A stretch of 64,000 nucleotides of DNA. It comes from Mesotaenium endlicherianum (Eukaryota). A model generated the notes under the pieces. It did no database searches. It had not been told where the DNA came from and saw only the letters and a program-made list of their open reading frames with translations. The position numbers and the translations under genes were made by a program. The stretch lies in the NCBI GenBank assembly GCA_009602735.1, contig WELA01003621.1:62001-126000 (forward strand), read 5' to 3'. Shown one piece after another: positions 50,122-60,441 of the stretch (position 1 is its first letter; each line of letters starts with the position of its first letter).

Positions 50122-51480
50122 TTAATAGTCGTCGTTCAGCGCAAATACAGGTTTACGGTACATCCATTGTCCGCCTGTGAAATCAGGGAAATCCACCGTT
50201 TCATTACCCAATTCAATTGATCTTTCACTCAATGGTGTGATGGCACTCCAGGCAGCAGCATCATATACATCCAATGGTGTAGCCGTTTTACGTTTGATCG
50301 ATTCAATGAATGCATGCTCTACAAAGAAATCCATCCCACCATGACCGGCACCGGCACTTTCTTTGCTCCAGCGGGCCCACAGCGGGTGATCATATTTGTC
50401 AAGCCAGGTTTTTTCATCATCCCATATATCATTCTTGGCCGACTTCCCTTCTATATAAATACTCCTGTTCACATCCATCCACAAACCTTCGGTACCCTGT
50501 ACACGGAAACCCAAAGAATATGGTCTCGGCAAATCGGTATCGTGCTGCAATAAAATGGTTTCGCCGTTTGCACAATTGATAGAAGTAGTTACCACATCAC
50601 CCAGTTTGAAATTCACTTTTGCATTGGGATGGTTTTCGCCACCCACTTTTACTATGTAATTGTGCAGGCCCCTTGCTTTGGAAGAGAAAGAGCAGAGCGA
50701 TAAGAAACGGTTGCCCCTGTTGATGTTGATGTATTGGGCAATCGGTCCGATACCATGTGTAGGATAGAGGTCGCCATTGCGCCGAACGGAATGCTCTGTT
50801 CTCCAGTGCGCTTCTGAATAACCTTTTTCACCGAATTCCGCGCCCTTCGTATACGGACCATTTCCATCATTGAATTTCACTCCACGCAGATCGTGCTGGT
50901 AACCACCCTGCAAATGGATGAGTTCGCCAAACAAGCCCTGCCTTACCATATTCAATACCGCCATCACGTCGCGACGGTAACAAACATTCTCCATCATCAT
51001 TACATGTGCGTCGTAGCGTTCAGCGGCCCGCACCACTTCCCAATGGTCTTCGAGCGTGATACCCAGTATCACTTCTGTTCCTACATATTTAATACCCGCC
51101 TGCAGTGCACCGATAATCATAGGCTTGTGCCATTCCCAGGGCGTTGCAATCACAATACCATCCAGCTTTTTACTGTCCAGCATTTTTTTCCAGGCATAGG
51201 GATCTCCGGTATACACTTCCGGCATTTTCTTTCCGGCTTTACTCACCATCCCCCTGGCTGTATTCAACACTTTTTCGTCCAGGTCACAAATAGCTATCAC
51301 CTCCGTATCATCCCTTCTTAACAGCAGGCTCAGGTGCGAGAGGCCCCGCTGCCCAACGCCAATGATCCCTATCCTTACTTTATCATCTGCCACCGGGTGG
51401 GCAAACAATTTACCGGAAGATAAAACAGCGGTTGCTGCCGTTGCCAGTCCTGCTGTCTTTACGAATTCTTTTCTGTTCAT
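50122..51480 (-). CDS. GH109-like NAD-dependent glycoside hydrolase (alpha-N-acetylgalactosaminidase-like), Tat-exported
   Basis: MNRKEFVK Tat-like leader, IGVGQRG Rossmann motif, and ATPWEWH, MMMENVCY, LYPTHG, GHGGMDF. Confidence 0.88.
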   Translation of the reverse strand: MNRKEFVKTAGLATAATAVLSSGKLFAHPVADDKVRIGIIGVGQRGLSHLSLLLRRDDTEVIAICDLDEKVLNTARGMVSKAGKKMPEVYTGDPYAWKKMLDSKKLDGIVIATPWEWHKPMIIGALQAGIKYVGTEVILGITLEDHWEVVRAAERYDAHVMMMENVCYRRDVMAVLNMVRQGLFGELIHLQGGYQHDLRGVKFNDGNGPYTKGAEFGEKGYSEAHWRTEHSVRRNGDLYPTHGIGPIAQYININRGNRFLSLCSFSSKARGLHNYIVKVGGENHPNAKVNFKLGDVVTTSINCANGETILLQHDTDLPRPYSLGFRVQGTEGLWMDVNRSIYIEGKSAKNDIWDDEKTWLDKYDHPLWARWSKESAGAGHGGMDFFVEHAFIESIKRKTATPLDVYDAAAWSAITPLSERSIELGNETVDFPDFTGGQWMYRKPVFALNDDY

Positions 51481-51995
51481 TGTTTTCTATTTGGAGTATA
51501 AAATTGCTGATTGATAAATTGTACGCAAGTCACGTTATCAGTATACAGCGCTGTATCCGGGTCATCCGTCATCACGTGTTCAGCGCTCAATGTTGCCAGT
51601 GTATTGCCATAGCCATCAAAAGCTTTCAGCTTCAGGAACTGTTTACCTGAAGCTTGCGGTATCATCGTAAGCACAATTTTAGTGCGTGAGAAAGTAATAT
51701 TTTGTTCGATGGGTTTGAAAGAAACCGCATCGCCAATAAACAAATAGCCATCCTTTGTCATGCCGGCCTGCAATACAGCAACGCTTTCACCATTCTCCAG
51801 CCTTTCAGACAGCCGGAAGCCCGCATGGATAGGCGTTTCATTGTTAGTCGCTATATCCAGGAAGCACAATTCAACACTGGCCGTAAAATATTTGGGTGCA
51901 ACAACAGCAGGTGGCCGCCTGCCTGTTTCCGGCGTAGTAACGCCGGCGTTGGCAGCATGTGCAAATAATTTTTTAAAGATATCCCTGCGGTTCAT
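51477..51995 (-). CDS. Hypothetical protein with twin-arginine-like N-terminus
   Basis: MNRRDIFKKLF start; 172 aa; overlaps the GH109 start codon (ATGA). Confidence 0.65.
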   Translation of the reverse strand: MNRRDIFKKLFAHAANAGVTTPETGRRPPAVVAPKYFTASVELCFLDIATNNETPIHAGFRLSERLENGESVAVLQAGMTKDGYLFIGDAVSFKPIEQNITFSRTKIVLTMIPQASGKQFLKLKAFDGYGNTLATLSAEHVMTDDPDTALYTDNVTCVQFINQQFYTPNRKQ

Positions 51996-51997
51996 GC

Positions 51998-53491
51998 TTA
52001 TTGATCTTTCGTATTGAATTTAGGATCTACAAATTCCCATTCTCTGATATGTGCCTGCTGGTGTTCTTTTTTAACGATCGCCTGGAATTGACTGATCAGT
52101 TCAGGATGCTGTGCTGCAAGATCGGTTGTTTCATTGCGATCCGATTCGAGATTGAACAATAACCAGGGCTTTTCGGGGTGATGTCTTACATCCAACTTCA
52201 CACCTTTCCAGTTTCCTATACGAATGGCAAGCTGACCGCCATTCTCAGGGTATTCAAAATACAAATATGCATGCTTTTTTTGCGCCTTCGTATGGCCCTT
52301 TAACTCAGGTAAAAAAGAAATACCATCGGTATGCGCAACTTTTTGTCCTGTTAGCTCGGCCAGTGTAGCCATCATATCGAACTGTGCTGATACCAGCCTG
52401 CTGGTAGTTCCCGCAGGAATCGTACCCGGCCACCTGGCAATCAACGGCTCACGTATGCCCCCTTCAAACAGATCCATTTTTTGTCCGCGCAACCCACCGG
52501 TACTGTTGAAGAAAAACCGGTCAACCCCTCCATTGAAAGCGGCACCGTTATCGCTCGAAAAAAAGACCAGGGTATTATCATCCAGACCCAGTTGTTTTAT
52601 TTTTTCCATGATGATACCTACCTGCGCATCCAGGTAAGTAATCATGGCTGCATAGGTAGACAATGGGTATTTGCAGGCGGCATAGCCTGCCTGGCCATAA
52701 TAAGGCTGTTCATTGAACTGGCCGATATATCGTTTCACCCATTCGTCGGGCGCCTGTAAAGACACATGCGGAATAGTATAGGGCAGGTAAAGAAAGAATG
52801 GTTTGCGGGCATTGCGTTCTATAAATGCAAGCGCTTTTTCCGTCATTTTCGCCGGTGCATAGTCTTTCCCTTTGAAATAATCGAAATCGGCATCGGTAGC
52901 TTTAGCAGAATCAACGCTTTTGTGCACATAGATACTGGGGTTGCGCAAAGTATCCCAGTGATCATTTTCCCAGAGATGGGTAGGATAATAATTGTGCGCC
53001 TGTTTCTGATCAAGGAAACCGTAGAAATAATCGAATCCCTGCTTCAATGGAAAACCTGTAGTATTGACCATACCCATGCCCCATTTCCCAATGGCGCCCG
53101 TTGCATAGCCGGCCTGCTGCATCAATTTTGCAATGGTAAAACTGCCTTCCGGAAGCGGCATTTGCCCGCCTTCCAGGCTATCGGCAAATCCTCCCATTTC
53201 ATAATTGCCATGTATGTAAGTGTGGCCGCCATGCTTGCCGGTCATGAGCATACAACGGGCAGGTGCGCAAACAGGTGTGCTGGTATAATGATCGGTGAAA
53301 CGCATGCCTTCCCTGGCCATCCGGTCGAGATAAGGTGTGCGGATCTTTTGTTGCCCGTAACAACCCGATTCTCCATAACCCATATCATCTGCATAGATAT
53401 AGATCACATTAGGTGTCTTTCTTTTTGGTTGAGACCAGGCATGTATACACGATAACTGGAACAGTACCAGCACCAGGCTGGCTTTCATCAT
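51998..53491 (-). CDS. S1 family (formylglycine) sulfatase, exported
   Basis: Motifs PNVIYIYADDMG, CAPARCMLMTG, GKWG and SSDNG. Start set at MMKASL. Confidence 0.93.
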   Translation of the reverse strand: MMKASLVLVLFQLSCIHAWSQPKRKTPNVIYIYADDMGYGESGCYGQQKIRTPYLDRMAREGMRFTDHYTSTPVCAPARCMLMTGKHGGHTYIHGNYEMGGFADSLEGGQMPLPEGSFTIAKLMQQAGYATGAIGKWGMGMVNTTGFPLKQGFDYFYGFLDQKQAHNYYPTHLWENDHWDTLRNPSIYVHKSVDSAKATDADFDYFKGKDYAPAKMTEKALAFIERNARKPFFLYLPYTIPHVSLQAPDEWVKRYIGQFNEQPYYGQAGYAACKYPLSTYAAMITYLDAQVGIIMEKIKQLGLDDNTLVFFSSDNGAAFNGGVDRFFFNSTGGLRGQKMDLFEGGIREPLIARWPGTIPAGTTSRLVSAQFDMMATLAELTGQKVAHTDGISFLPELKGHTKAQKKHAYLYFEYPENGGQLAIRIGNWKGVKLDVRHHPEKPWLLFNLESDRNETTDLAAQHPELISQFQAIVKKEHQQAHIREWEFVDPKFNTKDQ

Positions 53492-53583
53492 GAATGAAGG
53501 TTTGTATATACGCATGGGCATCCGCATTCGTTTTAGACGATCAGGCAACGGTGAAAATAAGCCTTTCGAACCTATCCCTTTTA

Positions 53584-53597
53584 TGCAAACGGTTGAT
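53584..53597. promoter_or_regulatory. Candidate LacI-type operator between the divergent sulfatase and MFS genes
   Basis: tgcaaacggttgat contains the CAAnCGnTTG palindromic core typical of LacI-family sites. Confidence 0.35.
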
Positions 53598-53684
53598 TAA
53601 ATTTTAAAGCCTCCCGAATGATTTTGGCTGTATCTTACGCACTTCAACCTTATTTTTCAACGTTCTACCCCCCAACCGGCTGTT

Positions 53685-54974
53685 ATGCAACAAACCAATT
53701 CCAGTAACAGGTACGCCATCATTATCATTGGTATTTTATTCTTTGTTTTCGGTTTCGTTACCTGGCTCAATGGTACATTGATCCCTTTTCTCAAGCTGGC
53801 TTGTCAGCTCGAAAACGACATACAGGCATTCTTTGTAACATTTGCTTTTTATATGGCTTATTTCTTCCTGGCATTGCCTTCTTCTGTGCTGCTGAAGAAA
53901 ACAGGTTTTAAGAATGGTATGGCGCTTGGATTGGTGGTAATGGCCGTTGGATCACTCATTTTCATTCCGGCTGCCAATAGCCGCAACTTCGGACTTTTCC
54001 TTACGGGCCTTTTTGTACAGGGCGCCGGTTTATCATTATTACAAACAGCCAGCAATCCTTACATCAGTATCATTGGTCCTATTGAAAGTGCTGCGCAGCG
54101 CATCAGTATCATGGGTATCTGTAACAAAATAGCTGGTATGCTCAGTCCCATTATTGTAGGTGCGCTGGTACTGAAAAACGCCAATTCCATACAGGAGCAG
54201 GTCGCTACTACTACCGATGCCGCATTGAAAGAGACTTTGTTGAATGAACTGGCCGGAAGGGTGATCGTTCCTTACATCATCATTGCAGTTGTTTTATTGC
54301 TACTGGCCATAATGATCAAGCGATCTTCCCTGCCTGAAATTGAATCAGCAGATGAACACAGCGCAGATACACATTCGGGCGACAAAACCAGTCCTTTTCA
54401 GTTCCCTCACCTTATGCTCGGCGTTCTTTGTCTTTTCTTGTATGTAGGCGTTGAAGTAATGGCAGGTGATGCCATTGGTACTTATGGACGGATGTTGGGC
54501 ATGCCGCTCGACCAAACCAAATTCTTTACCACTTTCACTTTAACAGCTATGCTGGCCGGATATATCATTGGGGTGTTCACCATACCTAAATACATTTCAC
54601 AACAGAAGGCCCTGGCAATCTCAGCCGTATTAGGTGTGATCTTTTGTTTAGGTGTATTCTTTTCTACCGGGTATACTGCCATCATTTTTATTGCACTCCT
54701 GGGCATTGCCAACGCATTGATGTGGCCCGCGATCTTCCCGCTTGCCATCGATGGATTAGGTAAGTTTACCAAAACCGGAGCTGCATTACTGATCATGGGT
54801 ATTGCCGGCGGTGCATTGATACCACTCTTATATACCACTTTAAAAGACAAGCATATTGCGTCAAACCAGGCATCTTTCCTCATCTGCATGCTGCCCGCTT
54901 ACCTGTATATATACTATTATGCAGTGAAGGGCTTTGCCGTTGGAAAAGCGCAGATCAGTATCGCGAAAAAATAA
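53685..54974 (+). CDS. Glucose/galactose/fucose MFS permease (FucP/GluP-like)
   Basis: Motifs FFVFGFVTWLN, LLQTASNPY, FLYVGVEV and MWPAIFPLA. Confidence 0.9.
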   Translation: MQQTNSSNRYAIIIIGILFFVFGFVTWLNGTLIPFLKLACQLENDIQAFFVTFAFYMAYFFLALPSSVLLKKTGFKNGMALGLVVMAVGSLIFIPAANSRNFGLFLTGLFVQGAGLSLLQTASNPYISIIGPIESAAQRISIMGICNKIAGMLSPIIVGALVLKNANSIQEQVATTTDAALKETLLNELAGRVIVPYIIIAVVLLLLAIMIKRSSLPEIESADEHSADTHSGDKTSPFQFPHLMLGVLCLFLYVGVEVMAGDAIGTYGRMLGMPLDQTKFFTTFTLTAMLAGYIIGVFTIPKYISQQKALAISAVLGVIFCLGVFFSTGYTAIIFIALLGIANALMWPAIFPLAIDGLGKFTKTGAALLIMGIAGGALIPLLYTTLKDKHIASNQASFLICMLPAYLYIYYYAVKGFAVGKAQISIAKK

Positions 54975-54982
54975 ATCTGCGA

Positions 54983-55612
54983 TCAGTAGTCGAACCGCTT
55001 GATGGACTTGTCATCACAAATGGCATGAATGAATGCATCATGGTTCCTCAAATGACCATCTACTTCCCATGTAACGGACAGGTCATTGCCTTCTCTTGAA
55101 TAACCAATGACCCTGAAACGCAGACGGCTTTTTTTGAGGAGTGTTTCGTAGTGATGTTGCGCCGACTCCGTGTAGGTGCATGAAATAGAATAATTCCTCG
55201 ATTTATTCAACCGGTCGATCATTCTTTCAATATAAGGAAGAATGGTCAGCACCAGTAATATGAGTATGCTTGCACAGCCTGCGGCAAAATAATGACCATT
55301 GCCAATACCCATTCCTACAGCCGCTACGGCCCAAATAGTGGCAGCCGTAGTAATACCATTGATCTTGTTCTGCCCGTGAAAAATAACACCTGCACCCAGG
55401 AACCCGATCCCGGTAACAATATTGGAAGCAATACGATCAGGATTACCCGGCATGCCAATACGAACCGAAAGCATGGTAAACAAACAGGAGCCGATAGAAA
55501 TCATGATCATGGTGCGGAAGCCGGCCGACTTGCTGCGGTATTCCCGCTCAATACCCACCATACCACCCCACAACGCTGCCAATAAAAAGCGGAGAAAGAT
55601 TTCAAAGTCCAT
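54983..55612 (-). CDS. MgtC/SapB family membrane protein
   Basis: Motifs GIERE, AGFRT, RIASNIVTGIGFLGAG and GITTAATIW. Confidence 0.92.
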   Translation of the reverse strand: MDFEIFLRFLLAALWGGMVGIEREYRSKSAGFRTMIMISIGSCLFTMLSVRIGMPGNPDRIASNIVTGIGFLGAGVIFHGQNKINGITTAATIWAVAAVGMGIGNGHYFAAGCASILILLVLTILPYIERMIDRLNKSRNYSISCTYTESAQHHYETLLKKSRLRFRVIGYSREGNDLSVTWEVDGHLRNHDAFIHAICDDKSIKRFDY

Positions 55613-55618
55613 ATCAAC

Positions 55619-56836
55619 TCATTTTGAGGTTTTGAAAAAACCTTTTTTATATGCTTGTTGAAAAATAGTAAAATCATGATTCACCTGGCTCGCGTATAGT
55701 ATTGCCCATTTCTTCGCAGCAGCTATCCATTTTCCCTCAGCTGCAAATGCTTTCAATGCATCCGCGGTGGCAGACCCCTGTCTTCCGCTGCTTCTCAATT
55801 GTGCCGATGCCGTAATCACAGCCAGGTCGGTGATATATTCATCCAGGGCTTTCGACTTTTTCCTGGAAGGCGCTATCACCACTTTATCAGTAGTAGGTTG
55901 TATTTCCTTTACCACGTACCAGTCTTTCTTGTATTCAAACGACGACAAGAGATATGGCGTTACATGCTCCATCATTTGCTGTACATCTATTACGCGATGC
56001 GCGGGGTTTTTCCATTTGGGTTGGGGCAGATGGCCATGCGCATGCGCCAGCACTTCAGACGGCACTACCTGCTTCATATCCAGGATCATTTTTTTCTTCG
56101 GATTGCTTTGGTTTTCCATCAGCAGGCAATACCGCTTCACACCAATACTACCCGTTCCGGCAATACGATAGCAGGCATCGCTCACCTTGTATTGTTTATA
56201 CTTTACGTGGTATTTACTAAACCAGGTCTGGAAAGCCGGTATCAGCTCTTTCTTTTCTTTTTCGGCTAATTTCAGCAGATTCGGCGTGACGAGGAACTTG
56301 GCATTTTTCTTTTTATTGTCCGTACGTTCCCTTAACAGGTCTTTCTCTTTCCTGTTCACCACTCCTTTGATCGTTTTTTTAATCAACCCCCTGGCCGTTT
56401 CTTCTTCTACTACCACTGCTTTATTGTAAATGAGCGCTTGCTGGTATTCTTTCAGCAGCAGTTCCATCAATGCTTCACTTTCTTTTTTTGAATATCCCGA
56501 TTCCACGCCGCTGAGTATCACGGCAACCGCCAATCTCGAGATTTCATACAACACCGGTGCAATGATGGCTTCGTCAAAATCATTCATGTCGAAATAGACC
56601 AGCCGGTTACTCCCTTTATAACATCCGAAATTCTCGGTATGTAAGTCGCCGCATATCCAGGTTTTGGGTGAAGGGCCGAAAGGGTATTTCTTCATCAGGT
56701 CTTCGTAATACAAATGGCAGGTGCCCCTGAAAAAACGGAACGGACTTCCCGCCATAGCAGCATATTTCAACGGTAACACTTGCTGCTGTCTTGGCGCATT
56801 GAATTTTTTTATCCTGGATAATAGGTCCTGGCTCAT
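55619..56836 (-). CDS. DUF2252 family protein (kinase-like fold)
   Basis: Motifs SPFRFFRGT, CGDLHTENFG, FDMNDFDE and RIAGTGSIG. Confidence 0.88.
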   Translation of the reverse strand: MSQDLLSRIKKFNAPRQQQVLPLKYAAMAGSPFRFFRGTCHLYYEDLMKKYPFGPSPKTWICGDLHTENFGCYKGSNRLVYFDMNDFDEAIIAPVLYEISRLAVAVILSGVESGYSKKESEALMELLLKEYQQALIYNKAVVVEEETARGLIKKTIKGVVNRKEKDLLRERTDNKKKNAKFLVTPNLLKLAEKEKKELIPAFQTWFSKYHVKYKQYKVSDACYRIAGTGSIGVKRYCLLMENQSNPKKKMILDMKQVVPSEVLAHAHGHLPQPKWKNPAHRVIDVQQMMEHVTPYLLSSFEYKKDWYVVKEIQPTTDKVVIAPSRKKSKALDEYITDLAVITASAQLRSSGRQGSATADALKAFAAEGKWIAAAKKWAILYASQVNHDFTIFQQAYKKGFFKTSK

Positions 56837-56931
56837 AATGTTCTTTTTAAGTGAAAGAATAGTTAGCCTGTCCATTTTCTCCGGCAGCTGGATATTGGTC
56901 AGTAACTCTAAAGTTCTCTTATTTTTGCCGG

Positions 56932-57525
56932 ATGACAAAGTTTGAAACACTGAAAGAGATCATCAGCAACAGGAGAAGCACCAAACCGGCAGCACTGAAT
57001 GGCAGAAAAATCGATGATACTGTTATTGGAGAACTCTTGCAATTGGCCAATTGGGCCCCCACCCATGCGCGCACCGAGCCTTGGCGTTTCGTGGTGTACA
57101 GCCACGCTGCATTGCATGCATTCTGCGCTGCCCACGCCGAACTCTATCAAAAATACACGCCGGAAGATAAGTTCACCCAGGCCAAATTTGAATCGATCAA
57201 ACACAATGGCGATAAAGCTTCGCATCTTGTAGTAGTGTACATGCACCGGCAGGTTATTGCTAAGATCCCCGTGATCGAGGAAATCGCAGCCGTTGCAGCA
57301 GCCATCCAGAACATCCTGCTCGGCGCCGAAGCACTGGATATAGCCGTACTCTGGAGCACTGGCGGCATGACCCATCATCCTTCCATGAAACAATACCTCG
57401 GATTTGGTGAGGAAGACATTGTGATGGGATTACTGTACATGGGATATTCCGATGAGCCGCATCAAAAAGGCACCCGTGCAGTTCCTATGGAAGCCAAAGT
57501 GCAATGGAAGGGAGAATTCAAATAA
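56932..57525 (+). CDS. Nitroreductase family protein (YdjA-like)
   Basis: Motifs RRS, APTHARTEPWRF and AAIQNILL. Confidence 0.9.
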   Translation: MTKFETLKEIISNRRSTKPAALNGRKIDDTVIGELLQLANWAPTHARTEPWRFVVYSHAALHAFCAAHAELYQKYTPEDKFTQAKFESIKHNGDKASHLVVVYMHRQVIAKIPVIEEIAAVAAAIQNILLGAEALDIAVLWSTGGMTHHPSMKQYLGFGEEDIVMGLLYMGYSDEPHQKGTRAVPMEAKVQWKGEFK

Positions 57526-57541
57526 AATTGTTTCTTTGCCA

Positions 57542-58120
57542 ATGGCCACACAAGCTCATAAGCTCATCATCATCACAGCGCCTTCGGGGGCGGGCAAAAC
57601 CTCCATTACACATTATTTGCTGAACAAATACCCACGCCTGGCTTTTTCTATTTCCGCAGCCACCAGGCAGCCCAGGGGAAAAGAGCAGAACGGTGTAGAT
57701 TATTATTTCATGAGCGTGGAAGCTTTCCATCAAAAGATCGAAGAAAATGCTTTCATTGAGTGGGAAATGGTGTATGAAGGAAAATATTACGGCACACTGA
57801 AAAGTGAACTGGAAAGGATATGGAATGAAGGAAAAACACCCATACTGGATATCGATGTTAAAGGCGCTATTCATGTACAGGAACAGCTTAGCAGCCGGTG
57901 CCTGAGCATTTTCATCGAACCGCCTTCTGTTGATGAGCTAAAGCGCCGGCTTGAAAGTCGCGGTACCGAAACAACTGAAAGCCTTTCCACACGCGTGAGC
58001 AAGGCTGCCTATGAAATATCTTTCAACCACCATTTCAATAAAACGATTGTCAACGACAACCTGGACAAAGCCTGTTCCGAAACCGAGCAGGCGATCAAAG
58101 CATTCCTGGGCTGGGATTGA
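57542..58120 (+). CDS. gmk: Guanylate kinase
   Basis: Motifs APSGAGKT, TRQPRGKEQNGVDYYF, YYGT and DIDVKG. Confidence 0.96.
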   Translation: MATQAHKLIIITAPSGAGKTSITHYLLNKYPRLAFSISAATRQPRGKEQNGVDYYFMSVEAFHQKIEENAFIEWEMVYEGKYYGTLKSELERIWNEGKTPILDIDVKGAIHVQEQLSSRCLSIFIEPPSVDELKRRLESRGTETTESLSTRVSKAAYEISFNHHFNKTIVNDNLDKACSETEQAIKAFLGWD

Positions 58121-58138
58121 TGATACAAACCTGTTGCC

Positions 58139-58957
58139 ATGTCATTTAAAAACCGCACTGTTCTGATCACAGGCGCCAGCAGGGGCATTGGCAAAGCCAT
58201 TGCACTCAGGTTGGCCGCAGCAGGCGCCAATATTGTTGTTGCAGCCAAGAGCGTGGAAGAAGACCCCCGTTTGGGCGGCACTATTTTTTCTGCTGCGCAG
58301 GAAGTGGAAGCCACCGGCGCACAAGCCCTGCCTGTGAAAACAGATATCCGGTTTGAAGAAGAGATCAGCGCACTGGTACAGAAAACCGTTGAGCGTTTTG
58401 GCGGCATCGATGTGGTCATCAACAATGCTTCCGCCATACAACTCACACCTACCGAACAAACCGAGACCAAACGTTTCGACCTCATGCAAAACATCAATGT
58501 AAGAGGTACTTTTCTGCTGGTGAAACATTGTATCCCTTACCTGAAGAAAGGCAACAATCCACATATACTTACTTTATCGCCTCCTGTCAACCTCGATCCC
58601 AAATGGCTGGGCGGACATATCGCTTATACCATTACCAAATACAATATGAGCATGATGGCCATGGGATGGGCTGCCGAATTCAAAAGCTACGGCATTGCTT
58701 CCAATGCACTCTGGCCCCGTACCACCATTGATACCGCTGCCGTAAGGAATTTATTGGGAGGTGAAACGCTGGCTAAGATGAGCCGCACACCTGCGATCCT
58801 GGCCGATGCTGCTTATTATATTTTACGCAAGACCGCTGCCGAATACAGTGGCCGTACTTTTATCGATGAAGAAGTGCTCGCAGCAGAAGGCATCACCGAT
58901 CTTGATGCTTATGCCGTAGTGCCTGGCGCAACACTTTATAATGATCTTTTTATTTAA
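58139..58957 (+). CDS. Short-chain dehydrogenase (HSDL2-like)
   Basis: Motifs TGASRGIG, NNASAI, YTITK and NALWPRT. Confidence 0.9.
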   Translation: MSFKNRTVLITGASRGIGKAIALRLAAAGANIVVAAKSVEEDPRLGGTIFSAAQEVEATGAQALPVKTDIRFEEEISALVQKTVERFGGIDVVINNASAIQLTPTEQTETKRFDLMQNINVRGTFLLVKHCIPYLKKGNNPHILTLSPPVNLDPKWLGGHIAYTITKYNMSMMAMGWAAEFKSYGIASNALWPRTTIDTAAVRNLLGGETLAKMSRTPAILADAAYYILRKTAAEYSGRTFIDEEVLAAEGITDLDAYAVVPGATLYNDLFI

Positions 58958-58980
58958 CCATACCTGCTGAAATAAAAGCC

Positions 58981-60441
58981 ATGAGAAAGACAGTACTTAG
59001 TTTGATCCTGCTCGCCAGCTTTTGCTCGCTGCAAGCACAAAAGAAAAACACAGCAACCATTGCTGCTGCCGAACCGCTGAAAGCAGAAGCCCTGCAAAAC
59101 CTGCAGGCTAATTACGATCTGTATAAAAAGAACGCTTTGCAGATCTGGGATTATGCAGAGATGGGCTATAAAGAAGTGAAAAGTGCTGCGTTGCACCAAC
59201 AAACACTTACGGATAACGGTTTTACCGTGCAGGCTGGTGTTGCAGGCATTCCCACGGCCTTTGTAGCTTCTTATGGCAGCGGTAAACCCGTTATCGCCAT
59301 CCTTGCCGAATATGATGCCCTGCCTGGCCTTGCACAAAAAGCTGTACCTGAAAAAGCGCCTATTGAAGGAAAGAATGCAGGGCATGCTTGCGGTCACCAC
59401 CTGTTTGGCACCGCTTCAGTTGCAGCAGGCATTGCTATAAAAAAACTGATCGAAGAAAAAAAGATACAAGGCACTGTTCGGGTATACGGCTGTCCCGCCG
59501 AAGAAGGTGGCAGCGGTAAAGTATACATGGTGCGGGAAGGTTTGTTCAATGATGTAGATGTGGTGTTGCACTGGCATCCCGATAATGAAAACAAAGTTAC
59601 CATGACCAGCGCGCTGGCCAACAAATCGGCCAAGTTCCGGTTCCATGGTATTGCAGCGCATGCCGCTGCTTCACCAGAAAGGGGCCGTTCTGCACTCGAT
59701 GCCGTAGAAGCCATGGACAATATGGTAAACATGATGCGTGAGCACGTGCCGCAGGAAACAAGGATCCATTATGTGATCACGAATGGCGGCAAAGCGCCCA
59801 ATGTGGTGCCCGATTATGCAGAAGTATATTATTATGTACGCCATCCCCGAAAAGATGATGTCAAAGCCATCTTCGACCGGGTGGTAAAAGCAGCCAACGG
59901 CGCTGCCATGGGCACAGAGACTACCATGGATTATGAGATCATTGGCGGCACGCACGATCTGTTACTCAACGAAACACTGGCCGAAGTAATGCAACACAAC
60001 CTCGACAAAATTGGTGGTGTGAGCTATACTCCGGAAGAAAAACAGTTTGCGCAAAAGATACAGTCCAGTTTCGGATACCAGGTTCCGGCCATTGAAACCG
60101 CCGGTGCCGTTAAACCGCTTCGCGTAGAAATGAAAGCAGGCGGAGGCTCTACCGATGTAGGCGATGTGAGCTACGCAGTTCCTACAGTGGGTATGGGCGC
60201 TGCCACCTGGGTACCCGGTACGCCTGCACATAGCTGGCAAGCCGTTGCCTGCGGCGGAACAGAGATCGGTACCAAGGGAATGATGGTGGCTGCCAAAACA
60301 CTGGCACTGACGGCTATTGACCTGTACACCAACCCTGCACTGATCAAAGACGCTACAGAAGAATTCAAGAAAGCAAAAGGAACCTACAAATATGAAGCGC
60401 TGTTAGGGAATAGAAAACCTGCGCTGAACTATAGGGATTAA
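58981..60441 (+). CDS. Exported M20 amidohydrolase (AbgB-like)
   Basis: Signal peptide and motifs EYDALPG, GHACGHHLFG, PAEEGG, GSTDVGDVS and HSWQ. Confidence 0.9.
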   Translation: MRKTVLSLILLASFCSLQAQKKNTATIAAAEPLKAEALQNLQANYDLYKKNALQIWDYAEMGYKEVKSAALHQQTLTDNGFTVQAGVAGIPTAFVASYGSGKPVIAILAEYDALPGLAQKAVPEKAPIEGKNAGHACGHHLFGTASVAAGIAIKKLIEEKKIQGTVRVYGCPAEEGGSGKVYMVREGLFNDVDVVLHWHPDNENKVTMTSALANKSAKFRFHGIAAHAAASPERGRSALDAVEAMDNMVNMMREHVPQETRIHYVITNGGKAPNVVPDYAEVYYYVRHPRKDDVKAIFDRVVKAANGAAMGTETTMDYEIIGGTHDLLLNETLAEVMQHNLDKIGGVSYTPEEKQFAQKIQSSFGYQVPAIETAGAVKPLRVEMKAGGGSTDVGDVSYAVPTVGMGAATWVPGTPAHSWQAVACGGTEIGTKGMMVAAKTLALTAIDLYTNPALIKDATEEFKKAKGTYKYEALLGNRKPALNYRD

